From contig JBDLJV010000003.1 of assembly GCA_039714175.1 (NCBI GenBank), positions 1 through 34,466 of the forward strand: a stretch of 34,466 nt of DNA. Direction: 5' to 3'. This document shows, piece by piece, positions 7,944 to 16,174 of this stretch (positions within the stretch are counted from its first letter, which is position 1; each line of letters opens with the position of its first letter). Below the pieces are notes generated by a model, which searched no databases, was not told where the DNA came from, and was given only the letters and a program-made list of their open reading frames with translations. The DNA is from Actinomycetota bacterium. Its GTDB lineage: Bacteria; Actinomycetota; Acidimicrobiia; Spongiisociales; UBA5794. The translations under genes were made by a program, and so were the position numbers.

Positions 7944-9040
7944 AGATCCTGCGGCACCTCGGGCCGCGACTGTTCATCTCGCATCTCGCAGCAATAGCGA
8001 CAGCCACGAGCACATTCGTCATCACCTTCCGCCTCCTGGCATCCGAAGTGTTCGGACGTCGTCTCCAGGGCGCAGACGGGTCCGGATTTCCGGGCGGACA
8101 GCCGGGAGGGCCGGGTTCACCGGGCTGGGGCCACGAGGTCATCAAGACCTTCGAGAGTTCGGTGGATATCGCAATCCTCATCTCCGTGGTTGTCGGTGCT
8201 GTCGCAGCTGCGATAGTCGCTGCCATCGTGACCCGGTTACTCGCGCGGCCCGTCGAGGACATCCGTGCAACAGCACACTCCCTCGCTGCGGGCAACTACG
8301 ACGAGCGGGTCTCCGAGCCGTCGGTCGCCGAACTCGCCGAACTCGCCCGCGATGTCAACGCCCTCGCGTCCGCACTCGAATCAACCGAACTCAACCGAGC
8401 CCAACTCATCACTGACGTCGCCCACGAGCTGAGGACGCCTCTCACGACGATCGATGGATACGTCGAAGGAGCCGCTGATGGGATCTTCACGGCGGACGAG
8501 ATGCTTCTGTCCGTCTCCGAGGAAACCCGGCGCATGCGAAGGCTCGTCGACGATCTTTCGCTTCTCTCCCGCGCACAGGAGGGCTCCCTTGATCTCGATC
8601 GGGATGACACCGATGTGACGGCCCTCGTCGAAGATATCACCGACCGGCTACGGCCCCAGTTCGAGACCGCAGGCGTGACGCTTACCGTTACAGGGCAGAC
8701 CGGAACAGCGAGTGTCGACACGATTCGGCTCGGTCGGGTTCTGACGAACCTGCTCGGCAATGCGTTGGGACACACCGCCGAAGGAGACGCAGTCACCGTC
8801 GAGACATCGGCCGACGGGTCGGGCTTGCTCATCATCGTGGCCGACGACGGGGATGGCATCCCAACCGACGATCTGCCACACGTCTTCGACCGCTTCTATC
8901 GGGGAACGACGACTTCTCGATCCGGCACTGGTATCGGCCTTGCGATCGCTCGAAGCATCGTGGACGCTCACAGTGGCACGCTCACGGCAGCATCCGAGGG
9001 TTCCGGCAAGGGAGCAACCTTCACGATTCACATTCCGTGA
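7940..9040 (+). CDS. HAMP-domain sensor histidine kinase (BaeS-like)
   Basis: Two TM helices, HAMP, H-box AHELRTPL, N-box NLLGNA, DDGDGI, GTGIGL; ATGA overlap with the regulator. Confidence 0.96.
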   Translation: MKILRHLGPRLFISHLAAIATATSTFVITFRLLASEVFGRRLQGADGSGFPGGQPGGPGSPGWGHEVIKTFESSVDIAILISVVVGAVAAAIVAAIVTRLLARPVEDIRATAHSLAAGNYDERVSEPSVAELAELARDVNALASALESTELNRAQLITDVAHELRTPLTTIDGYVEGAADGIFTADEMLLSVSEETRRMRRLVDDLSLLSRAQEGSLDLDRDDTDVTALVEDITDRLRPQFETAGVTLTVTGQTGTASVDTIRLGRVLTNLLGNALGHTAEGDAVTVETSADGSGLLIIVADDGDGIPTDDLPHVFDRFYRGTTTSRSGTGIGLAIARSIVDAHSGTLTAASEGSGKGATFTIHIP

Positions 9041-9079
9041 CGTACAGATTCGCAGATCGAGGGCGTCCCTGAGCGACTC

Positions 9080-9703
9080 TCAGTCGGCAGTCGTGCGGAC
9101 TCCGGCATGTGGTTCGATATGGATGCCGACGACCCCGGTCACAGTCGCAACAGATCGGCGCACAGCCTCCATGTCTCGACGGGAACCAGAGACGCCCGTG
9201 AGAATCACAGATCCACTCTCGACGTGGACGCTGGGCAGAGCAGCTATCGCCGGGTTCCGAAGCTGCGTCAACCGCTTCTGGACATCGAGTCGGATCGACT
9301 CATCCGTACGAACCGACGCCGAAGCGACATCTGCTGCAGACACGATGCCAACCAGCATCCCATTGGGGTCGAGGACCGGGAGCACGGATCGGTTGATGTA
9401 CCGCATCACCCGGGCAGCATCAGCGATCGACTCACCGACAGAGACACCGATGGTCTCGTGGGTCATGACCTGCGCCACGAGAACAGGGCGTTGCAGCGTC
9501 TTGGCCCATCGACGAGACCTGCTCCTGCGAGCCTCCCAACGCACGAGATCATTCACCGACAGCACACCTACGAGCTTCGATTCGGCATCGAGCACGGGGA
9601 CGGCCGCAAGGTCGTGCTCGCACATCAAGCGGACTGCGGCTACGAGCGACTGGGACCGGCGGCACACCGGAGGTTGCCTGGTCATCAGGTCTTCAACGAG
9701 CAT
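9080..9703 (-). CDS. CBS-pair plus BON domain protein
   Basis: MLVEDLMT, AVPVLD...LVGVLS, LPVLD...LVGIVS, then RTDESIRLDV...VESGSVILTG (BON). Start could be 9742. Confidence 0.85.
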   Translation of the reverse strand: MLVEDLMTRQPPVCRRSQSLVAAVRLMCEHDLAAVPVLDAESKLVGVLSVNDLVRWEARRSRSRRWAKTLQRPVLVAQVMTHETIGVSVGESIADAARVMRYINRSVLPVLDPNGMLVGIVSAADVASASVRTDESIRLDVQKRLTQLRNPAIAALPSVHVESGSVILTGVSGSRRDMEAVRRSVATVTGVVGIHIEPHAGVRTTAD

Positions 9704-9833
9704 CGCCGCCTGCCTCACGATCGTTCGGCCCAGAGCCCGCATGAAAGCGAGCCTTGTAGTACGATATCTTTGTCGTGATAATACTATCCGGAATTAGAAC
9801 TCGTCAATCAGATTTCGTCTTTGGGTGCGAACA

Positions 9834-12032
9834 ATGATGACATCCGAGATCCTGCTCTCAACGTCGGCAACCGCTGCTCCCCTGAGCGAGCACCAGGTTC
9901 TTGTCCTGCTCGTCCAGCTGCTCATACTCGTGGGGTTCGCCAGAATCCTCGGCGGGCTGATGAAGCGTGCCGGTCAGCCCCCTGTCGTCGGTGAGCTCCT
10001 CGCAGGGGTAATCCTCGGCCAGACCATCTTCGGACGTCTCGCACCGGGCGCTTTCGAATGGGTCTTCGGAGATGACCTCGTACGGTCGGTTGTGTTCGCC
10101 CTTGCATGGATCGGCGTGATCCTCCTTCTCGTGGTGATCGGTTACGAAACCGATCTGGGAATCATCATGCGATTCCGCAAGGCCGCGGGATGGGTGTCGG
10201 CGGGCGGATTCCTCGTACCGCTCCTGATCATGGGCTCGGCCGCGTGGCTGGTCCCGGACGACTTCGTGGGCGAAGGAATCGACCGGGCAGTCTTCGCCGG
10301 GTTCTTCGCCCTCGCTCTGTCGGTATCGGCACTTCCTGTGGTCGCCAAGATCCTTCAGGATCTCGGAATGATGCGACGCAACTTCGCTCAGATCACGCTC
10401 GCTGCAGGGATGACGATGGATGCCGTTGGGTGGCTGCTCCTTGCTGCACTGACGGGGATCGCCCTCGATGGATTCAGGCCTGAACTGCTGGCGCGGTCCT
10501 TCGGAGGGCTGGTGGTTTTCATGGCTGTGCTGATCACCCTTGGACGCTGGTTCCTCGACCGAGTGATGCTCCATATCCTCGACCGTGGGTCGAGCGTCAC
10601 CGCGGCCCTGACGGTGGCCATCCTCGCAGCCTTCGCCGGGGGTGTCGTGACCCAGGCGCTACAGCTCGAAGCCATCCTCGGAGCGTTCATCGTCGGCATC
10701 CTGCTTGCCACGACACGACACCAACTCCCCGAGGTTCGCCGCACGCTCGAAACCATTACAGCAGCCATCTTTGCTCCGATCTTCTTCGCCTTCAGCGGTT
10801 TGCAGGTCGACATCGGGTTGCTCAGGTCGGGATCCGCAATCGCATGGGCGATCGGACTCGTCGTACTCGCCATGCTTGCAAAGATGATCGGTACGCTCCT
10901 CGGGGCGCGACGGGCATCAATCGTGGGACGCGAAGCACTCGCACTGGGTGCCGGGCTCACAGCGCTTGGCGCAATGGGCATCGTGGTCGCCATCGTTGCC
11001 CTCAATCTCGGCGTCGTCAGCACCACCGGCTACACGGTGCTCGTTGTCGCCGCAATCGCCACATCGCTCAGTGCGCCCCAACTACTCCGATCGATCGTAC
11101 GCGGCTGGAAGATCCCCGAAGAAGAAGCGCATCGTCTCGAGCGCGAGGCCATACAGGCAAGCTCCGAGATCCTTGGTAGCCGACGCATCCTGCTCCCCAC
11201 CCGCGGTGGAGCGAACAGTGCCTACGCGGCACGCCTTGCTGCGCGCATCTTCGATGGAGCGGAGATCACCGTGCTCGCCGTTGATGTTCCGACCCGACGT
11301 TCACTCTTCCGCCGGCGCCGCGTCGGCTCATCGACACACGCAAGCGACGTGTTGGCCGAGCTCAACGGCACGCGCCACCACACCGTCCGGGTCCAAGCGC
11401 AGGATCCGGCCACTGCGATCGCCCGCGAGGCACGGCTGGGATACGACCTCATGTTGATCGGAGCATCCGGCAGCGGCGAGGACAGGTCCGGGATGCACTC
11501 CACAATGGTCGACCGGGTTCTTGCCCTGGTCGACGTTCCGACAGTGGTTGTGCATCTCCCCGAGGATGCGTCGCGTGACATGCTTACTCCGACCCGAATA
11601 CTCGTTCCGGTGGTCGCCAGCCGATCGTCCAGAGCAGCTGAGGAATTCGCGTACTCGATCGCTCGCAGCGTCGACGGCGAGGCTGCAGCTCTCCATGTTG
11701 TGAACCGCCCGCAGGGACAGGGAATGATGTTCAGCTCGACCACAGAAAAGGAGGCGATCCGTTCGGGCAAGGAGATCGTCGCCGGAGCCGCTGCGTTCGG
11801 GGAACGGCTTGGCGTTGCTGTCGGAGTCCACGTGCGGACGGCCACGAATGCCGAGGAAGTGATCGTCGACTTCGTCGACGAAGGCGGCTTCGATCTCCTG
11901 GTGATCGGCGCCTCAAGCCGACCGCTCACGGATCGCCCATTCTTCGGCCACCGGGTCAACCACATCCTCGACCACGCGCAGGTACCCGTAGCGGTTATCG
12001 CTCTGCGCTCTCATGCCAATGATGGAAGGTGA
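9834..12032 (+). CDS. cation:proton antiporter (CPA2) with two C-terminal universal-stress-protein domains
   Basis: GQPPVVGELLAGVILG, SVSALPVVAKIL, many TM segments, then RILLPT...YDLMLIG and RILVPV...FDLLVIG USP folds. Start could be GTG 9825. Confidence 0.92.
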   Translation: MMTSEILLSTSATAAPLSEHQVLVLLVQLLILVGFARILGGLMKRAGQPPVVGELLAGVILGQTIFGRLAPGAFEWVFGDDLVRSVVFALAWIGVILLLVVIGYETDLGIIMRFRKAAGWVSAGGFLVPLLIMGSAAWLVPDDFVGEGIDRAVFAGFFALALSVSALPVVAKILQDLGMMRRNFAQITLAAGMTMDAVGWLLLAALTGIALDGFRPELLARSFGGLVVFMAVLITLGRWFLDRVMLHILDRGSSVTAALTVAILAAFAGGVVTQALQLEAILGAFIVGILLATTRHQLPEVRRTLETITAAIFAPIFFAFSGLQVDIGLLRSGSAIAWAIGLVVLAMLAKMIGTLLGARRASIVGREALALGAGLTALGAMGIVVAIVALNLGVVSTTGYTVLVVAAIATSLSAPQLLRSIVRGWKIPEEEAHRLEREAIQASSEILGSRRILLPTRGGANSAYAARLAARIFDGAEITVLAVDVPTRRSLFRRRRVGSSTHASDVLAELNGTRHHTVRVQAQDPATAIAREARLGYDLMLIGASGSGEDRSGMHSTMVDRVLALVDVPTVVVHLPEDASRDMLTPTRILVPVVASRSSRAAEEFAYSIARSVDGEAAALHVVNRPQGQGMMFSSTTEKEAIRSGKEIVAGAAAFGERLGVAVGVHVRTATNAEEVIVDFVDEGGFDLLVIGASSRPLTDRPFFGHRVNHILDHAQVPVAVIALRSHANDGR

Positions 12033-12133
12033 AGGTGTGCGCAACATGATTGTCTGCGGCGAGGTTGTGCACGGCAACCGATGCCGAGATGCCCAGCGTG
12101 GTAGTGCCTATCATGGCCACCGACCGCAAACCG

Positions 12134-12472
12134 ATGAGCAGGGCCTCGCACATGGCCAATAGCGTCCCACGCGGATGGACATTCCTCACCAACCACGCTC
12201 GCGTCTTGATTCTGATCGCCGGAAGTCCGGGCATACGACTTCGCGACGTCGCAGACCAGGTCGGGATCACCGAACGGGCGGCTCAGAGGATCGTTGCCGA
12301 GCTCGAGTCCGCTGGCTACCTCGACCATGAGAAGGTTGGGCGCCGGAACCAGTACCACCTGCGTCCCGATGCCCACCTCAGACATCCGTTGGAGAACGAT
12401 GTGGAAGTCGGGCAGCTTCTCGCCCTCTTTGTCGACCGAAGCACGGCGAGGAACACGTCCCGTGGCGAGTGA
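12134..12472 (+). CDS. winged helix-turn-helix transcriptional regulator (MarR/AsnC-like)
   Basis: WTFLTNHARVL...LRDVADQVGITERAAQRIVAELESAGYL...GRRNQY; start uncertain (12113/12134/12152). Confidence 0.88.
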   Translation: MSRASHMANSVPRGWTFLTNHARVLILIAGSPGIRLRDVADQVGITERAAQRIVAELESAGYLDHEKVGRRNQYHLRPDAHLRHPLENDVEVGQLLALFVDRSTARNTSRGE

Positions 12473-12753
12473 CCTCTGCCTCCGCTGTCCAGAGCTCGAA
12501 CAAGATCAGGGTTTGGCAACCCCAGGTCCGGAACATTACAGATCCACCTGAGGCCTGGCTGGGGCGTGCTGCATGTACGCGTTTTGGACCCGCTGGTGGG
12601 CGCGGATTGATCCGTACGAATCGATCAATGGGCTGATCCGGTGCGAGTCCTCGTCGGCACCGAATCCCTCACCGGGAGACCGAACATGTACTCGCGTCTC
12701 CCCCGGCCAGCGAGTCCTGCTCGATCTCCCGGATCAGGCCACGTTGCCGTTCC

Positions 12754-14553
12754 CTACTTCGGCAGCGGTGGAACCAGGCAGACCAGCGGACTCGAGGAGT
12801 TCCCTGAAGCGTCCGTCGCGTAGACGAGCATGTCCCCTTGGCCGGTCAGGTGCCAGGCAACAGCATCAGCCTCGCCCCGCACACTCCCGATCGGCCGCTC
12901 GGTCGGCTCAGCTCCCGGCGCTTGGGTCCACTTGATCTTCGTACCCGCGGCATACGGGCCGAAGACATAGCCCGTGCCCTCGTCGACAACGAACACATCG
13001 GGATTCGGATCGACAGCATCAGAGGCAGCCAGGTCATAGAAACCGTCCTCGTTCTGACCACCATTCGGTCCGGGGAGGCTGCTTGAGCCTGCGGGCGGGA
13101 TCTTGTCTCCGTGCGGGTTCGGTCCCGGCATGCAGGCCGCCAGTGGTGGGGTCGTGTCGGCCCACCTGACAGTCGCTGTTGCACAACCGGTCTGTCCGCT
13201 GGGTTCTTCGACGGTGAAGCACGCCTCGATCGTATCGGTGCCTCCCGCGCCGGTGTTCGTGTACGTCCATGGAACACCGCCGAGGACCCCTGTGGTTCCT
13301 GAGCCGGTGGCGCCGTGATTCGGTCCGTCGATGACGGTGAACGTCACGTCACGTCCGCCGACCGTTCCAGCCAGGCCTTCGATGGTTGCCGTGACCGTGT
13401 GCGTGGTGTCAGTGCCAAGTTCCTTGGTCGCGGTCTCAGGTGTGAGATCGATTCCGTACACGAACACCGTGGTGCACGCCTCGCCGGAGTCACCACCTCC
13501 GCCGGCATCACTACCTACGGCGGTGACGCACATCGTGTGCTCACCGACACCGAGGCCGGTGACAGGTGTCGAGTAGGTCACAGCCAGCGGTCCCGCGTGC
13601 GGCAACGGTGTCGAGATGTCGGAATTCGGGATGACGGTCGGGGAACCACCATCGACGGTGAGTTCCAGATGATGAAGCTCAGAAGTGAGCAACCCGGAGA
13701 CGAGCCCGGCGAGATCTGCCGGATTCTGGACTTCGGTGCATGTGCCATTGGTGGCGTTGGCGATCTCCTGCAGCGTGCCATCGGAACCGACGCTGCACGA
13801 TGATCCCTGTCCAACTGCAAACGTGTGAACGACCGCGCCGGTCGCGGCGAGCTCACCAAGATTCGCCCCGAAGTAGCCAGCCCCATCGTTGCTGCGCCCG
13901 TCGGAGAGGAAGACGACGAGGTTCGAAGCGCTTGTGGATGCCCCCACGATCGTTCCGGCTGCACCAAGCCCTTCGGCGAAATTGGTATTGGCACGGTTGA
14001 CATGTTTGGCGGTGAAGTCCGTCGGACCTGCATGGGTCGGCGAAGCAACGACGGAAGTGGCGACCGTGTACACATGGGCCGGTCCGGCGCTCGGAGAGGT
14101 GGTCGGATCAATGCCGACGATCGGCGACATATCTGCAGCGGCACCGTACCTCCCGTATACGGCAAGGCCGACCTCATCGACCCATCCGGAAGAAGCGGCC
14201 GCGGCATTGAGGGCAAGCACCGCTGCGATCTCACAATCCAGGATCGTGTCCGAGAGACCGTCGTCGTTGACATCGCCACCACAGTTTCCGTTGGCAGAGT
14301 CGTTAACGCTGCCTGAGACGTCAACGACATACGTGATCGTCAAGTCGGCGGTTCCGTATCCAATCGACGCCGTCCCCTCGACGCTCACATCAACCCCGCC
14401 CGGTGGCAGCACGTACTCGGTGCCGTCAATAGGCGCATCCACCGTGACCTTGATCGGCGTGCCGCCCGGCAGAGACGATTCTGATTCCGAGGCAAGCGCG
14501 GGCAGTGCCGTAACCACGAGAAGTAAGGCGATTGAGATGGCAAGGCGCCGCAT
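12754..14553 (-). CDS. secreted VWA-domain protein with Ig-like domains
   Basis: Signal peptide; RBS AGGAGG; MIDAS residues DVSGS, TNF, FLSDG; beta-rich C-terminal half. Confidence 0.88.
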   Translation of the reverse strand: MRRLAISIALLLVVTALPALASESESSLPGGTPIKVTVDAPIDGTEYVLPPGGVDVSVEGTASIGYGTADLTITYVVDVSGSVNDSANGNCGGDVNDDGLSDTILDCEIAAVLALNAAAASSGWVDEVGLAVYGRYGAAADMSPIVGIDPTTSPSAGPAHVYTVATSVVASPTHAGPTDFTAKHVNRANTNFAEGLGAAGTIVGASTSASNLVVFLSDGRSNDGAGYFGANLGELAATGAVVHTFAVGQGSSCSVGSDGTLQEIANATNGTCTEVQNPADLAGLVSGLLTSELHHLELTVDGGSPTVIPNSDISTPLPHAGPLAVTYSTPVTGLGVGEHTMCVTAVGSDAGGGGDSGEACTTVFVYGIDLTPETATKELGTDTTHTVTATIEGLAGTVGGRDVTFTVIDGPNHGATGSGTTGVLGGVPWTYTNTGAGGTDTIEACFTVEEPSGQTGCATATVRWADTTPPLAACMPGPNPHGDKIPPAGSSSLPGPNGGQNEDGFYDLAASDAVDPNPDVFVVDEGTGYVFGPYAAGTKIKWTQAPGAEPTERPIGSVRGEADAVAWHLTGQGDMLVYATDASGNSSSPLVCLVPPLPK

Positions 14554-14693
14554 GCTGGCCCTCCTATTGAGGCTCTGATGCCACCTATCCCCCCACTGCC
14601 CGTAGTCAAGTTAACACATAGGGTGGTTATTCGTCAACCGAGCGACACCCGACCTCCCCGTGTCACCCACCCGGCCCGAGCCATATCGTCGGA

Positions 14694-15152
14694 TCACTCC
14701 TCCGCCGGTGGACCGGGCCGGATCATCCATTGCGTGCTGTCAGCGAGCGGCACGAATCCGAATTCCCCGTACACGCCATGGGCATCGTCCGTGGCGAGCA
14801 GTTGCCACTTGAGTCCCTTCAGCTCGGGGTGCTCAACGATCGCTTGAACGATTGCCGTGCCAAGACCGGTGCCCCGGTGGCCGGGCAGCACGAAGACGTC
14901 AGCCAGATAGCCGAATGCGACGAGGTCGGTCACCATGCGAGCGAACCCGACCTGCTGGCCGTCGAGATAGGCACCGACCACGAGAGGACTCAAGTCGTTG
15001 GCCAGGCGTTGGGCATCTCTCGATCGGCCCCTCGCCCAGTAGGACTCCTCACTCAGGAATCGGTGCACAACATCAAGATCAACGCGATCGGGGTCCGTGC
15101 TGATGATGTACCGACCGTGCGTTTCTTCGATCGATCCTCCGAAAGCGCTCAT
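14694..15152 (-). CDS. GNAT family N-acetyltransferase
   Basis: QVGFARMVTD, YLADVFVLPGHRGTGLG, DAHGVYGEFGF. Confidence 0.92.
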   Translation of the reverse strand: MSAFGGSIEETHGRYIISTDPDRVDLDVVHRFLSEESYWARGRSRDAQRLANDLSPLVVGAYLDGQQVGFARMVTDLVAFGYLADVFVLPGHRGTGLGTAIVQAIVEHPELKGLKWQLLATDDAHGVYGEFGFVPLADSTQWMIRPGPPAEE

Positions 15153-15460
15153 TTTCCAATGTCCTCGTTCCACAAGTCCGGATTGCCCTTGATGAATCTA
15201 TCCATCTCGTCAACGCACTCAGCGTTGTCGGCGATCACGACCTCGACGCCGTGACTGGCCAAGAGAGACTCAGTTCTCCCCCACAACGACACGCTGTATC
15301 CCGTACAACACGATGGCGCCGCTGCGCATGTCGCACAGCGACAGCGTGGTGTACATCGTGGAGCGCTTGTAGACCTGCGCCGGTTGGCGTCCGGCCGCTT
15401 CGAGCGCGTCCACCTCGCCGTGCCGAATGGGAGATCCTACCGGCACGGCAGAGATGGGGG
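15149..15460 (-). pseudogene. decayed cytosine/nucleoside deaminase (yeast FCY1-like)
   Basis: Manual translation: GSPIRHGEVDALEAAGRQPAQVYKRSTMYTTLSLCDMRSGAIVLYGIQRVVVGEN*, then frameshifted ESLLASHGVEVVIADNAECVDEMDRFIKGNPDLWNEDIGK*. PCxxC is mutated and the N-terminus is missing. Confidence 0.88.
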
Positions 15461-15465
15461 GAAGA

Positions 15466-16098
15466 TCAAGTGCTCTCCGGATGGTTCAGATCGATCGCGA
15501 CGGTGCGAAGCGCGGAATACATCGCAGACGTGGCGAGCGCTTGGGTTGGCACCGGCAGCTCCAGTCTGACTGCACCGTCTTCTGCGTGGGATCTCGTTGC
15601 TCCTATCGCCTGGAGAGCCTCGAGGACCTGTCGGTTTGACAGCGAAACGTACGCTCGGAAGCGTTCGATTCCGTTCTCGTGCGCGGCGTTCGACAACGCC
15701 TGAAGCAGGATGCGTCCCAATCCTTTTCGCTGACAACCGTCGACAACGGCGAGCGCAGCTTCTGCGACTGTTGGGTCATCGTCGGTGCGGATGTACCGGG
15801 CGATGCCGACGCCGGGCGGGTCAGCAACATCGAGGGTTTCGGCTGCCCACGCGAAGTGATTGGCGTAGTCAATCTCGGTCAGATAAGTCAGATCAGCTTC
15901 GGTGAGCGTGGCCTTTGACCACATGAAACGGAGGTAGCGTGAACGAGCTGAGAGGTTCTCCCAACCTTCGGCAAGGCGAGCTCTGTCCTTCGGTGCAATG
16001 GGCCTAACGCGCACAGGCGTGCCGTCGTTGAGCTGCGCCGTGAACGCCAGATGCTCAACAAATTCGTTGACATCTTCGGGATTTCTGCTCGCTTCCAT
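15466..16098 (-). CDS. GNAT family N-acetyltransferase (type resembling the GNAT domain of protein lysine acetyltransferases)
   Basis: LNDGTPVRVRPI, LSARSRYLRF, EIDYANHFA, VGIARY, AEAALAVVDGCQRKGLG. Confidence 0.9.
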   Translation of the reverse strand: MEASRNPEDVNEFVEHLAFTAQLNDGTPVRVRPIAPKDRARLAEGWENLSARSRYLRFMWSKATLTEADLTYLTEIDYANHFAWAAETLDVADPPGVGIARYIRTDDDPTVAEAALAVVDGCQRKGLGRILLQALSNAAHENGIERFRAYVSLSNRQVLEALQAIGATRSHAEDGAVRLELPVPTQALATSAMYSALRTVAIDLNHPEST

Positions 16099-16174
16099 GG
16101 AGGCAGTATGGCGGCAGCGAGGAACCAGCGTCACTCCTTCTGCGAGTAACCGAGCCGTTGGTGTGGGTCATACA

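Noticed and set aside
8760-9797. 345-aa plus-strand ORF
   Set aside because: It overlaps the kinase out of frame and the CBS-BON gene antisense; Arg/Ser-rich with no motifs.
12520-12545. SRP RNA (CAGGTCCGGAA match)
   Set aside because: It lacks the following GGAAGCAGC. The GAAGCAGCC near 20218 lacks the preceding half, so both look coincidental.
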